A stretch of 64,000 nt of DNA from Haliotis rubra (taxonomy: Eukaryota), in contig NW_025766780.1 of the NCBI RefSeq assembly GCF_003918875.1, positions 930,001 to 994,000 on the forward strand, read 5' to 3'. The notes below the pieces were generated by a model that searched no databases, was not told the DNA's origin, and worked only from the letters and a program-made list of their open reading frames with translations. Position 1 is the stretch's first letter. The number at the start of each line of letters is the position of its first letter. Shown here one piece after another: positions 63,461 to 64,000 of this stretch. The position numbers and the translations under genes were made by a program.

Positions 63461-64000
63461 ACCTCTGTACACAAATTTGGAAATATTTTCCTTATTTTAC
63501 ATGGTTACAAGAAAATGAAAACGTAATAGCGATTTGGATGGCCCTATCCGATATATAAGTTAGCTCTTAGATTCCCATATTGTCCTGTTTGTGTAGATGT
63601 ATTTTGACTAATTTTGCATGTTACCAGAGTAATTAGCCATATCTTCAAATGTAATGAAATTGAAGATATTACATGGTGTCTTTAAGAAGTCATGGCATAA
63701 AATGATTGATTTTCCATTTAAATAGTGTCGAATTGACATTCGCCGCACCTGTGTGGCATCCATGAATAACATTTCACAACACCCGATGCTTTGTTTATGA
63801 TTATGTAGCTAATGTGCAAAAGAGCAGAAAGTTGGTCCAAATTAAAAGTGGAAACAGTTTGATATCCGATAGAATTGCTGTTCAGTGGACCACATTAATA
63901 TTATCAGTTTTACTTATAAGGTTGAATTAAATCGCCGTTCATTAACCTGTTCATGTGAAACTGCAATATTGGTCCAAAGATGAATATTGTACAAGGAAAA

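Overview
Eukaryotic (animal) genomic DNA made up almost entirely of nested transposable elements. It is probably molluscan; an abalone-like SINE tail points that way, but this is inference. The only host-gene signal is two in-frame minus-strand exons (61250-60941 and 22163-22014) separated by about 38.8 kb. The window holds at least seven tyrosine-recombinase retroelement pieces (DIRS and Ngaro types), a BEL/Pao element, the start of a Gypsy element, a 12 kb AcademX transposon plus an Academ relic, pogo, Harbinger and hAT elements, TTAA-type elements, several MITEs, a split 50-bp satellite and a Polinton/adintovirus fragment. Many junctions can be read to the base from TIRs and TSDs. The most unusual structures are: (i) a ~590-bp hairpin MITE whose apex carries an 8.5-kb cargo with viral genes, bounded by a 16-bp duplication and a templated filler; (ii) a young DIRS with identical ITRs and an intact RT-RNaseH-MTase ORF but no recombinase catalytic domain; (iii) a DIRS whose 5' end appears overwritten by a fold-back copy of its 3' end plus flank; (iv) a strong strand asymmetry between retroelements and DNA transposases. 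All family calls come from motif recognition by eye; no database search was run.
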